Assembly: GCA_964458565.1 (NCBI GenBank)
Contig: CAYWJO010000025.1
Coordinates: forward strand, 1-30,333
Source: an uncultured archaeon
Lineage (GTDB): Archaea > Asgardarchaeota > Thorarchaeia > Thorarchaeales > Thorarchaeaceae
Length of the DNA stretch: 30,333 nt
Direction of reading: 5' to 3'
Below, piece by piece: positions 1 to 8,201 of this stretch (positions are counted from its first letter, which is position 1; each line of letters starts with the position of its first letter). The notes below the pieces were generated by a model. That model ran no database searches. It was not told the origin of the DNA and saw only the letters and a program-made list of their open reading frames with translations. Position numbers and translations under genes: made by a program.

Positions 1-19
1 TCCGATTATAGCAGGAGCA

Positions 20-934
20 ATGGCAAGAATATCTAATCCCGAGTTTGTCGCGGCAGTCAGTAATGCTGGAGCCTGTGCTGTATTAGCCAGTGCAAATTAC
101 AAAACTCCTGATGATCTGCGTGATGCAATCAAGAGAACTCAATCCCTTACAAACCAACCATTTGCAGTAAACATCAATTTGTTCCCTGCTTTGATGCCTC
201 ATGACAAGCGAGAAGATTATGTGGACGCCACATTAGCTGAGGGTGTGGAAATCATTGAAACAAGTGGTCACAAGGCTCCAGAAGCTTTAGTTCCAAAATT
301 CAAGAACAGCGGTGCTATATGGATTCACAAGTGTGCTGGAGTAAGGTACGCGTTAAAAGGAGCATCCCTAGGTGCTGATATTGTTACGGTTGTTGGATAT
401 GAGAATGGTGGAGCTACTGGGGTTCTGGATATAGGGACGATGGTAATGACTCCATCCGTAGTTGATGCTCTAGACATTCCTGTAATTGCTGGGGGTGGAA
501 TAACAGATGGCAGAGCTGTTGCTGCAGTCTTAGCCCTAGGTGCGGAAGGAGTAATTATGGGCACAAGGATGATGGCCACAAAGGAATGTCCCATTCATGA
601 TAGTCTAAAACAGGCTTTTGTCAACGCAACAGAAACTGATACTGTTTTGGCGTTGCGTTCTGTTGGAAACACCCACAGACTGTGGAATAACAAAGCAGCA
701 CAGAACGTACTCGAATTAGAAGCTCAAGGAGCCGCCCTATTCCAGCTCATTCAGGCAGCCTCTGGAGAGAAGGCTCAGGAGATGTACAGAAACGGAGATA
801 TTGACCTTGGAGTAGTAGCTTGCGGTCAAGGTGTAGGTCTAGTCAAAGATATTCCCACTGTAAAGGAATTACTGGATAGAATAATGAGTGAGGCTGAGGA
901 CACAATATCTAGACTTCATAGGAGATTCAGTTAG
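20..934 (+). CDS. Nitronate monooxygenase / FabK-like FMN-dependent TIM-barrel oxidoreductase (5' end outside the window)
   Basis: The frame is open to the window edge (PIIAGAM...). Motifs AAVSNAG, PFAVNI, GYENGGA, PVIAGGGITDGR and GAEGVIMGTR are typical of NMO/FabK. Confidence 0.88.
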   Translation: MARISNPEFVAAVSNAGACAVLASANYKTPDDLRDAIKRTQSLTNQPFAVNINLFPALMPHDKREDYVDATLAEGVEIIETSGHKAPEALVPKFKNSGAIWIHKCAGVRYALKGASLGADIVTVVGYENGGATGVLDIGTMVMTPSVVDALDIPVIAGGGITDGRAVAAVLALGAEGVIMGTRMMATKECPIHDSLKQAFVNATETDTVLALRSVGNTHRLWNNKAAQNVLELEAQGAALFQLIQAASGEKAQEMYRNGDIDLGVVACGQGVGLVKDIPTVKELLDRIMSEAEDTISRLHRRFS

Positions 935-972
935 TTCATACCACACCCTTTTACAGAATATGTAGAAAGATT

Positions 973-997
973 TGGTGGGTGAGGAGGGATTTGAACC
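973..997 (-). repeat. Orphan tRNA 3'-end fragment (T-arm + acceptor 3' strand + CCA), att-like scar
   Basis: Reverse complement is GGTTCAAATCCCTCCTCACCCACCA. No D-arm or anticodon arm is present upstream. Confidence 0.75.
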
Positions 998-1032
998 GTA
1001 AGTTCCAAATTCGTATAGGATAGGATGAAATT

Positions 1033-1560
1033 ATGGATGAGCGGATGGTTGAGCTGAAGGATAGCAGGAAGGTAACTCTTAGACTGTTGGAAGTCAGTGA
1101 TAGAGATCAACTACTAGATATGTTTTCAACAATGTCAGATAAAGCTCTTGAGTGGGGGATGCCTCCTTATGCAAAAGAAACGATTGACCGTTGGATGAGC
1201 AACATTGAGAAACTCATTCCACTGATAGCCATCTTTAACGAGAAGATTGTAGGATATGCTTCTGTATTCAGGCATACACACCCGAGAGAGAAGGGGGTGA
1301 GTGATATGGGTATCTATCTGCATCAGGACTTCCATGGTGTCGGACTTGGGACAGCCATGACCGAAACCGTTCTCTCCATCGCAAAGGAACAGGGATTGCA
1401 CAGAATTAGTCTACATGTAGCGGAAGACAATATTGCTGCAGTGAAATTGTACAAGAAACTTGGTTTCATTATCGAGGGCACAATGCGTGATGCGTACTAT
1501 GGGGTGGATGGAAAATATCACAATATGCTTGTGATGGGAATAGTGTTCGGTGGGGACTGA
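1033..1560 (+). CDS. GNAT family N-acetyltransferase
   Basis: Acetyl-CoA motif YLHQDFHGVGLG and C-terminal LHVAEDNIAAVKLYKKLGFIIEG. Confidence 0.9.
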   Translation: MDERMVELKDSRKVTLRLLEVSDRDQLLDMFSTMSDKALEWGMPPYAKETIDRWMSNIEKLIPLIAIFNEKIVGYASVFRHTHPREKGVSDMGIYLHQDFHGVGLGTAMTETVLSIAKEQGLHRISLHVAEDNIAAVKLYKKLGFIIEGTMRDAYYGVDGKYHNMLVMGIVFGGD

Positions 1561-1575
1561 TACAGAAATAAATAA

Positions 1576-1598
1576 TGGCGGGCCAGGAGGGATTTGAA
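1576..1598 (-). repeat. Orphan tRNA 3'-end fragment, att-like scar
   Basis: Reverse complement is TTCAAATCCCTCCTGGCCCGCCA, 20/23 identical to the 3' end of the tRNA-Lys at 3442-3518. Confidence 0.8.
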
Positions 1599-1743
1599 TG
1601 AATTCATTTATGGAAATATTAGTTAAATCACCAAATAAGGATTCTATCATATCGCGTTTCTGTTACTGCATTATCGTATATATAATAAAAAAATTAGTTT
1701 GATTTGAGAAAAAATTAGACCTATTAGAAAGCAGGTACAATAT

Positions 1744-2844
1744 ATGCTGAAGGGTATTGGAATGTACTTACTACACAGAAGATTGTATCTAGCAATGTGT
1801 GTTTCATTAATATTATCCATTGCATCTGTTTATTCAGCGGTGCTTTTTTCGAATGTATATTTTGGAACAGAAAGTGCTGTTGGTATTTTACCGGGAATAG
1901 ATGTTTCAAATTCATCTTTTGCCAGTATCGCTGAGAACTCTGCACCTTCTGATCTAGCAGTATATGATATTCCATATGAAATTAGAAGTGAAAGACCTTT
2001 TGTGATAGAGGCGAATCTACCAGGAAATGCAACGATAAGTGAAGGAGCTGCTGGATCATATGCAAGTACTTTCATTGAGGGCGTTTTTCCGGAAGAAGTA
2101 GCAAACCAGCTTGTGGTCGATTATATAACAACAAAGCTTCAGAATCATGGTGTTCTTCCGAGATGGAGTGTCACGTTTAGAAATTCTACAATAGACAGAC
2201 CAAATATAGAATCGACTGTTTTTATAAATGCAATATCAGGAGCAGTCATTGGATATTTGGGTGAACCAATTCTAAAGAGCAATCCAATCAATAATACAAC
2301 AGATGCCGAAACATACGCAATTGATGTACTAGACTATTTCGGATTCGTAATTCCGTTACATGCGCGGTACCAAATTGAGAATTATTCGAATTTGAACACT
2401 ATGATATATTCATTGAGATTTTACGCGACTGTAAATGGTGTCCTTGTAGATCCTGACTTTGGCTCGCTAAGGATTCAAATTGATGGAGAGAACGGTGGTC
2501 TGAGATATATGATATTAGAGTGGATGAATATACAAGAGATTCCTAGAGAAGGGATAATCTCTTCAAATAGATTCATTCAACATGCGACGCTGTCATTGGA
2601 GGCAATTCATTGGGGGCCTCCATTAAAGATGCAGCTGGTCTGGTTAGAGAAGGATTATGCTACAGGTGAGATGCTGTACGATGCATTTACTGGAGAATTA
2701 ATTGAGTACCGACCATATCTTGGAGATCCTGTACATAATACATCAATATTACTAATCACTCCCGTTGCAAGTACTTTGGGTTTTGCAGCGCTCACATATT
2801 TAATTGGTAAGAAATTCTTAATCAAGAAACACAGCTTAGATTAA
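1744..2844 (+). CDS. Membrane-anchored extracellular protein with PepSY/YcdB-YcdC-like repeats
   Basis: Hydrophobic helices at both ends. Repeated motifs FINAISGAVI, IQIDGENGGL and YDAFTGELI. Many N-X-S/T sequons. AT-rich. Confidence 0.6.
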   Translation: MLKGIGMYLLHRRLYLAMCVSLILSIASVYSAVLFSNVYFGTESAVGILPGIDVSNSSFASIAENSAPSDLAVYDIPYEIRSERPFVIEANLPGNATISEGAAGSYASTFIEGVFPEEVANQLVVDYITTKLQNHGVLPRWSVTFRNSTIDRPNIESTVFINAISGAVIGYLGEPILKSNPINNTTDAETYAIDVLDYFGFVIPLHARYQIENYSNLNTMIYSLRFYATVNGVLVDPDFGSLRIQIDGENGGLRYMILEWMNIQEIPREGIISSNRFIQHATLSLEAIHWGPPLKMQLVWLEKDYATGEMLYDAFTGELIEYRPYLGDPVHNTSILLITPVASTLGFAALTYLIGKKFLIKKHSLD

Positions 2845-2889
2845 TGAAAATTGAAATGTATTTGATTAATCTGTGGAGGCGAGATTCAC

Positions 2890-3348
2890 TTGGGCGAAAT
2901 AAACGATGAAACAAATGAGCATTATAGAACAATATCTTCAACACTTAAAGGAAAAACACTGAGAGTATATTGGTTTATTTTGAAGAATCCAAAGACAACT
3001 AGCCTTCGAGAGATTCAAAATGGTGCGAATTTATCCAGTCCAAGTTTGGCCACTTACCATCTGGATAAGCTTATCGAACTTGATCTTGTTAAGAAAGATA
3101 CGCACGGATTCTTCCACCTTAAGCAAGATGTCAAAGTTGGTGTTCTCCGCTTGTTCATGGGATCAGGGAGATTACTTGTCCCACGCTTTCTTTGTTACGC
3201 TGTTTTCTATTCAGCAATGCTCCCTATGTTCCTTCTCTTTATTCCCTTTATATTCGGTCCTATCACACTAATTCTGATGTTTACACTCATATTTGGTGCT
3301 GTAACTAATTGGATTGAAACAATTAAGGCATGGAGAATGGAAATCTAA
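2890..3348 (+). CDS. Membrane-tethered winged-HTH (ArsR-like) regulator
   Basis: SLREIQNGANLSSPSLATYHLDKLIELDLV wHTH followed by two C-terminal TM helices. TTG start. Confidence 0.75.
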   Translation: MGEINDETNEHYRTISSTLKGKTLRVYWFILKNPKTTSLREIQNGANLSSPSLATYHLDKLIELDLVKKDTHGFFHLKQDVKVGVLRLFMGSGRLLVPRFLCYAVFYSAMLPMFLLFIPFIFGPITLILMFTLIFGAVTNWIETIKAWRMEI

Positions 3349-3441
3349 GGCGAACATGGCTGCAACAAAGAAGTTTTCGAATAGATTCGTTTTAAGTGAA
3401 TGAATTGCTCGAGCACTATCCGAGCAGAGAAGAAACAGAGA

Positions 3442-3518
3442 TGGCGGGCCGGGCGGGATTCGAACCCGCGACCAACAAGTTAAGAGCCTGTCGCTCTACC
3501 TAACTGAGCCACCGGCCC
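3442..3518 (-). tRNA. tRNA-Lys (anticodon CTT), CCA encoded, intronless
   Basis: Full cloverleaf GGGCCGG-TG-GCTC-AGTTAGGTA-GAGC-G-ACAGG-CTCTTAA-CTTGT-TGGTC-GCGGG-TTCGAAT-CCCGC-CCGGCCC-G-CCA. Confidence 0.96.
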
Positions 3519-3597
3519 GTGTTTTTGGTTCTGTTCAACTTTTAGTTATAGAGATTTCGGAACACTCCTTAATTCATGATACAAATGCAGTTGGACT

Positions 3598-3753
3598 TCA
3601 GCTAATCCGTCCAAGAACGACACTGAACTGTTTAACGTACATTATGTTTCGGGCTGCATTCACATCAGCATGGTATTGCTCATCACACTCTGAACAGTAA
3701 AAGGACTCTCCACCCTTCTTCTCTGTAGTGGGGGTTTCATCTTCCACTCTCAT
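3598..3753 (-). mobile_element. tnpB: TnpB (IS200/IS605- or IS607-type / Cas12f-like) C-terminal remnant, 51-codon mini-ORF
   Basis: Manual translation: MRVEDETPTTEKKGGESFYCSECDEQYHADVNAARNIMYVKQFSVVLGRIS*. FxCxxC...HADVNAARNI is the Zn-ribbon half plus RuvC-III signature of TnpB. Confidence 0.8.
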
Positions 3754-3823
3754 ACCTAGCTCCCTACAGACATGTCAAGCCTGAGAAACCCATGCCGAGT
3801 TCACCATCCAAAGGTGAGAACTC
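3722..3823. ncRNA. Putative structured RNA or element end (three stems + pseudoknot)
   Basis: Stems at 3797-3802/3818-3823, 3769-3774/3791-3796 and 3722-3728/3764-3770. Crossing pair GGGTTTC 3732-3738 / GAAACCC 3785-3791. Confidence 0.4.
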
Positions 3824-3892
3824 AACCTATGTCGCAAGCCATATAACAAGGGTGAATCTAGCGACGGGTGTTCACTACTAGGAGTGTAACCT

Positions 3893-5215
3893 TTGAGCGA
3901 CCATAAGAAAGTTTACGATCAAATCTTCGATTTATTAGAAAAACATGATAAATGGATGAGTAACACCATCAATCTCATCGCCTCGGAGAATGTGAGTTCA
4001 CCAGCAGTCAGATCAGCAATAGTGAGTGACTTTAGAGACCGCTATGCTGAGGGCTGGCCTGGTGAGAGAGTCTATGCAGGGTGCAAGTACATCGATGAGG
4101 TTGAGATAATCTGCATGAACCTTGCAAAGAAGATGTTCAATGCAGAGTTTGCGGATGTTCGACCTATATCAGGTGTTGTTGCAAACCTGATGATGTACAC
4201 TGCAGCAATGGAACCAGGTGAGAGGATGATGGCACTCTCAATTGCGCATGGAGGACACATATCTCATGCAAGAGCAAACCTTGGAGGTACAGCAGGACAA
4301 ATCCGAGGGCACAAGGTCCAGAATTGGGTCTTTGATGAGGAGGAGTTTAATATTGATGTAGACGCAAGTATTGACAGAATTAGAAACCTCCAAGAGAAAG
4401 GAGATGAAGTCAAGTTTCTCCTCTTTGGAGGTAGTGTCTTTCCGTTTCCGCACCCTGTCAAGGAATTCAGAAGCCTTGCTGATGAATATGGCATGATTAT
4501 TGGATATGATTCCGCTCATGTTTCAGGACTAATTGCATCGGGTCGATTTCAGGATCCCCTGAGAGAGGGTGCAGATATTGTAACGCTAAGCACTCATAAG
4601 ACACTTTTTGGTCCTCAGCATGGTGTTTGTTTGAGTCGTGCTGAATTTGCTGATAGAATCAAACGCGCAGCCTTTCCAGGGATGATGAGTAATCATCACC
4701 TGCACAATGTAGCAGGACTCGCAGTTGCCCTTGCAGAAATGCTTGAGTTTGGTAAGGACTACACAGGACAGATTCTCAAGAATGCTAAGGCATTAGCGCA
4801 GTCCCTCCACGACCGTGGATTCCAAGTGATTGCTGAACACAAGGGCTTTACAGAGTCACACACGATTCTTGTTGACATAACAGAAACTCCTCTTAAGGAT
4901 GGTAATGTAGTAGAGGAAACACTTGAGGACGCAAACATCATCATTAACAGAAATCTTCTACCTTGGGATATTAAAAGAGGTCGAGATTATAGAACTCCTG
5001 GTGGTATTCGACTAGGGACAAGTGAAACCACAAGACTTGGCATGAAAGAGTCCGAAATGGATGCTATTGCCGAGTTCATCACTAGAGTAGTGATGAAAGA
5101 AGAAGATGTAAAGAAAGTTGCAGCTGATGTTGCCGAATTCAAGAAGGACTACCAGAAAGTCCATTATGCATATGATACTGAAACAGAAGCTTATGCACAT
5201 CTAAGATTCAGATAG
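3893..5215 (+). CDS. glyA: Serine hydroxymethyltransferase
   Basis: INLIASEN, RYAEG, HGGHISH, PLP-lysine motif STHKT..GPQHG, GIRLGT. TTG start after GGAG. Confidence 0.96.
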   Translation: MSDHKKVYDQIFDLLEKHDKWMSNTINLIASENVSSPAVRSAIVSDFRDRYAEGWPGERVYAGCKYIDEVEIICMNLAKKMFNAEFADVRPISGVVANLMMYTAAMEPGERMMALSIAHGGHISHARANLGGTAGQIRGHKVQNWVFDEEEFNIDVDASIDRIRNLQEKGDEVKFLLFGGSVFPFPHPVKEFRSLADEYGMIIGYDSAHVSGLIASGRFQDPLREGADIVTLSTHKTLFGPQHGVCLSRAEFADRIKRAAFPGMMSNHHLHNVAGLAVALAEMLEFGKDYTGQILKNAKALAQSLHDRGFQVIAEHKGFTESHTILVDITETPLKDGNVVEETLEDANIIINRNLLPWDIKRGRDYRTPGGIRLGTSETTRLGMKESEMDAIAEFITRVVMKEEDVKKVAADVAEFKKDYQKVHYAYDTETEAYAHLRFR

Positions 5216-5540
5216 GGTTTGATAGTTTCATGAGGTAGAATGAATGGAATTGAAAGATGCACAAAATCTTGTTCGTAATATCTACCTGAAGAGAGATAAG
5301 GAAAGGGGATTAGAAAGGACACTTCTACGAACATTTCAAGAACTCGCAGAACTGAGTGATGCAGTTCACAAGGAAAAACCCATGCAGGATATCGAGGAGG
5401 AGGTTGCAGATGTCCTTGCATGGGTCATTTCTATTGCCAATCTATTGGATATTGATTTAGGGCATGCACTCATCAGTAAATACAATAACGCATGTTCCAG
5501 ATGCGGAAGAAATCCTTGTGAATGTATTGATAATCGTTGA
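4749..5540 (+). repeat. Diverged direct repeat, copy 1 (glyA 3' part + mazG-like)
   Basis: Homologous to 8881-9673. Confidence 0.88.
5244..5540 (+). CDS. MazG-like nucleotide pyrophosphohydrolase (archaeal, C-terminal Cys cluster), copy 1
   Basis: ELAELSDAV...EEEVADVLAW...ANLLDIDL and CSRC..NPCEC. Confidence 0.88.
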   Translation: MELKDAQNLVRNIYLKRDKERGLERTLLRTFQELAELSDAVHKEKPMQDIEEEVADVLAWVISIANLLDIDLGHALISKYNNACSRCGRNPCECIDNR

Positions 5541-5545
5541 TTGCA

Positions 5546-5701
5546 TTAGTTCCTATTTAGTACGCGATAGATACTACCTGGACTGCGAGCGACATCATGT
5601 TGTTTCCACAAGATTTCAGTAATTTCTCCGAATGAATGGCCCATCTCATGTAAATCTAAGATTAGCTTCAACTCGTGTGGAGTTGCTTTTCTTCTGGATA
5701 T
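5546..5701 (-). pseudogene. Helix-turn-helix-like ORF remnant
   Basis: Manual translation ISRRKATPHELKLILDLHEMGHSFGEITEILWKQHDVARSPGSIYRVLNRN*. An in-frame TAG lies just upstream and there is no clear start covering the whole motif. Confidence 0.4.
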
Positions 5702-5749
5702 CCTCTATCTTCTCAAGGTCATCTTTTACAGCACATGAAGGGAAGTGCT

Positions 5750-6253
5750 CTAAATTTCTTTAGAATAAGTCTTCAACTCTCTTAATTGATGCCATAGTTT
5801 GGTACCTGTAAAGAGAATAAATCCAATAGCGACTAGGATAACTCCTGGAATAAGTAACCACATCTGTGGGTAGACATTGTTAATCCCTACATAGAAGTGA
5901 GATGTTGTGTTATAATACGTTGTCACAACAAAAGCATAAATTCCAATTGATGGTATACTAATGATTCCTGAGTATTCAGTTGTATTCTCCAATGAAAAAC
6001 AAGGAGTCGTATTGGCAATCGAGCGTTCTTCAAGCATGAGCAGTGCGTCCTCAGTAGTGAGAACATAGAATGAGATGCCTAGTCCCTCATAAAGCTCTAT
6101 ATCAACTCGAGCATCTCCCCTTAGTCCATACATACGAATCATGTAGCTCCCATAATCGATGCTTCCCTGTACACCCATTCCACCAGGTGGAGGAATGAAC
6201 GACGATACCAGCAATGCAATCCCAATTCCAGCAATAAGGACTTGTAGTCGCAT
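5750..6253 (-). CDS. Hypothetical membrane protein (N- and C-terminal TM, beta-rich extracellular domain)
   Basis: Hydrophobic ends. Follows the ABC permease in an operon with GGTG-type RBS. Confidence 0.7.
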   Translation of the reverse strand: MRLQVLIAGIGIALLVSSFIPPPGGMGVQGSIDYGSYMIRMYGLRGDARVDIELYEGLGISFYVLTTEDALLMLEERSIANTTPCFSLENTTEYSGIISIPSIGIYAFVVTTYYNTTSHFYVGINNVYPQMWLLIPGVILVAIGFILFTGTKLWHQLRELKTYSKEI

Positions 6254-6266
6254 CCACCATCACCTC

Positions 6267-7064
6267 TTATATCTCAGTATGTTTGAAGACCCGATCTGCT
6301 ATCAAGATAAGTAATACAGCCATGATTAGACATCCCACTAGAGAGAGAAGTACTTCACTCAGTTGAATAGCTCCACCCGAATCCATTATGAATGCTATAC
6401 TGGTACTCATAGGATTCAGAATTCCGTACAAGAGCGGCACATCTGGAGGCGGTACATAGACGAACAAGATTGCATACCAGATCAAAACTCCAATGGATGA
6501 TGTGATGAGCGAGTTCTTTGACAGCAGCGCTATAACTGCGGATACCGAGGCGATTGCGAAACAGACAGCGATGAATGCCAAAGAAAAAATGCTGATGGTT
6601 ATTAGGTCCAAGTATCCAGGAGTCAGAATTGATGTAGCAACAAAAGAGGTCGCTAGGCACGGTAAAGCCAGAGCTATGACTGGAATCACAATTTTACATA
6701 GCAAGACTTCTTTTCGACTGAAAGGATAGCTAAGGAGAGTCTTGTGCAGACCATTCTCAAAACCCCTGGAGATGCTAGCAGCAATCATCATCGGAATGAG
6801 AAAGACGATGAACACCATTCCGTATGTGGGACCCAAGACAAATCCTGAGATGGTCATCTCTTGGAATCCTTCAAGTGTTATACCAATCATGTGAGTTGAA
6901 TTATAATCTGAGAAAGAATATAGATTGAGTTCAGGTCCCCTCGTACTTGCTTGAACGACACCTATCAGACATGCAAATACAAGTGTTGCAATCATTGTTT
7001 CTAAAAAGGGGACCCGATAAAGGTGTTTCAGCTCCAATTGAATTATTTCATTGTATTTCTTCAT
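6267..7064 (-). CDS. ABC-2 type exporter permease
   Basis: About 6 TM helices. Motif SISRGFENGLHKTLLSYPFSRKEVLLCK and C-terminal FKHTEI. Confidence 0.88.
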   Translation of the reverse strand: MKKYNEIIQLELKHLYRVPFLETMIATLVFACLIGVVQASTRGPELNLYSFSDYNSTHMIGITLEGFQEMTISGFVLGPTYGMVFIVFLIPMMIAASISRGFENGLHKTLLSYPFSRKEVLLCKIVIPVIALALPCLATSFVATSILTPGYLDLITISIFSLAFIAVCFAIASVSAVIALLSKNSLITSSIGVLIWYAILFVYVPPPDVPLLYGILNPMSTSIAFIMDSGGAIQLSEVLLSLVGCLIMAVLLILIADRVFKHTEI

Positions 7065-7977
7065 CTATCATCACTCTTCTATATACTTCCTCTAATGAAG
7101 ATGCTCTATCAATTCCATAGAGTAAAATACCACTACCCTTAACCAGATTTTCAACCTTGGAACGAATTGTTTCCATCTTCTCTTCTCCTATTCTGACAGT
7201 AATTGCATTCGCATCCGAGGTACTACAATCCTTGAACATTGGTTCGCCCTCCAGTATTTTCAAAAGCGCTTGGGGATCTGATGTCAGGACCCTATACCAT
7301 CCTTTGGTATGTTTCTCAATGATCTCTCTTGTCTTGCCACTGTCAACAAGAACCCCCTCTCTCAGAAAACCAACTGAATGACAGACTCTCTCAAGTTCTG
7401 ATAGAATGTGCGATGAGATGAAGAATGATACACCTATCTCATTATGAAGTTGAAGTATTAGCTTCGCAATCTTGTCTCTTCCAGTCACATCCAAATTGGA
7501 AGTTGGCTCGTCTAAGAAAATTATCTTGGGCTCGCCACATAGAGCCTGTGCAAGACCAAGACGTTGATACATTCCTGCTGAGAGAGCGCCTATCTTTTTA
7601 TTCTCAGCACCGGAAAGATCGACCAAGTCAAGCAATTCACCTATTTCTCTGGACTCACTCCTCATATTCTTTACCCAGTCCAAGAATTCCGAAACTCTAA
7701 GATTCTTTGGGTAATATGGATGTTCATGGAGAACTCCAATTTCTTCTCGTATCTTGACAGAGTGCTTCTGAGAATCAAGCCCCAAAATTTTTACCAAGCC
7801 TGTATCAGGTCGAATCAATCCCAAACTGATTCGTAGTAGTGTGGTTTTTCCCGCGCCATTTGGTCCTATGAGTCCAAAGATACCTGGTTGTATGTCGAGA
7901 TTTACTCCTCTCAATGCAGGTATATGATTGAATGTCTTGGAAACATCCGAAATTGAAATAATGTATTCTTCTGACAT
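7048..7977 (-). CDS. ABC transporter ATP-binding protein (likely start MSEEYII)
   Basis: Walker A GPNGAGKT, signature LSAGMYQR, Walker B IFLDEPT, H-loop SSHILSE. Confidence 0.94.
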   Translation of the reverse strand: MSEEYIISISDVSKTFNHIPALRGVNLDIQPGIFGLIGPNGAGKTTLLRISLGLIRPDTGLVKILGLDSQKHSVKIREEIGVLHEHPYYPKNLRVSEFLDWVKNMRSESREIGELLDLVDLSGAENKKIGALSAGMYQRLGLAQALCGEPKIIFLDEPTSNLDVTGRDKIAKLILQLHNEIGVSFFISSHILSELERVCHSVGFLREGVLVDSGKTREIIEKHTKGWYRVLTSDPQALLKILEGEPMFKDCSTSDANAITVRIGEEKMETIRSKVENLVKGSGILLYGIDRASSLEEVYRRVMIDEEIQ

Positions 7978-8101
7978 CTCATTACAACTCCAACCAATTG
8001 AGAGATACTCATTGCAAATTGGTTCTGAAAGCACGAACGTTATTGATATTTCATACTTTCTTAAGGCTTTCATAATATGGAATTCCTTAATTACATTACC
8101 C

Positions 8102-8137
8102 CTTATATATTTTTGATTAGTTAATTTTTTATATAAG
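8102..8137. promoter_or_regulatory. Divergent TATA-box pair between the ABC operon and the secreted-protein gene
   Basis: Inverted CTTATATA (8102-8109) / TATATAAG (8130-8137) in an AT-rich gap. Confidence 0.45.
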
Positions 8138-8201
8138 TATCGTTTACTTTTATATCAATGTGTAGGTGTGCATGTTAAGAGTGGCATCTCACATAGGAGG
8201 A

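Noticed and set aside
973-1598. Complete or intron-split tRNA genes at 973 and 1576
   Set aside because: Only the T-loop-to-CCA part exists. There are no D or anticodon arms and no evident BHB motifs.
3722-3892. ZTP, THF or glycine riboswitch controlling glyA
   Set aside because: No recognisable consensus motifs. A TATA-like ATATAA at 3841-3846 lies between the structure and glyA, so the structure is probably outside the glyA transcript.
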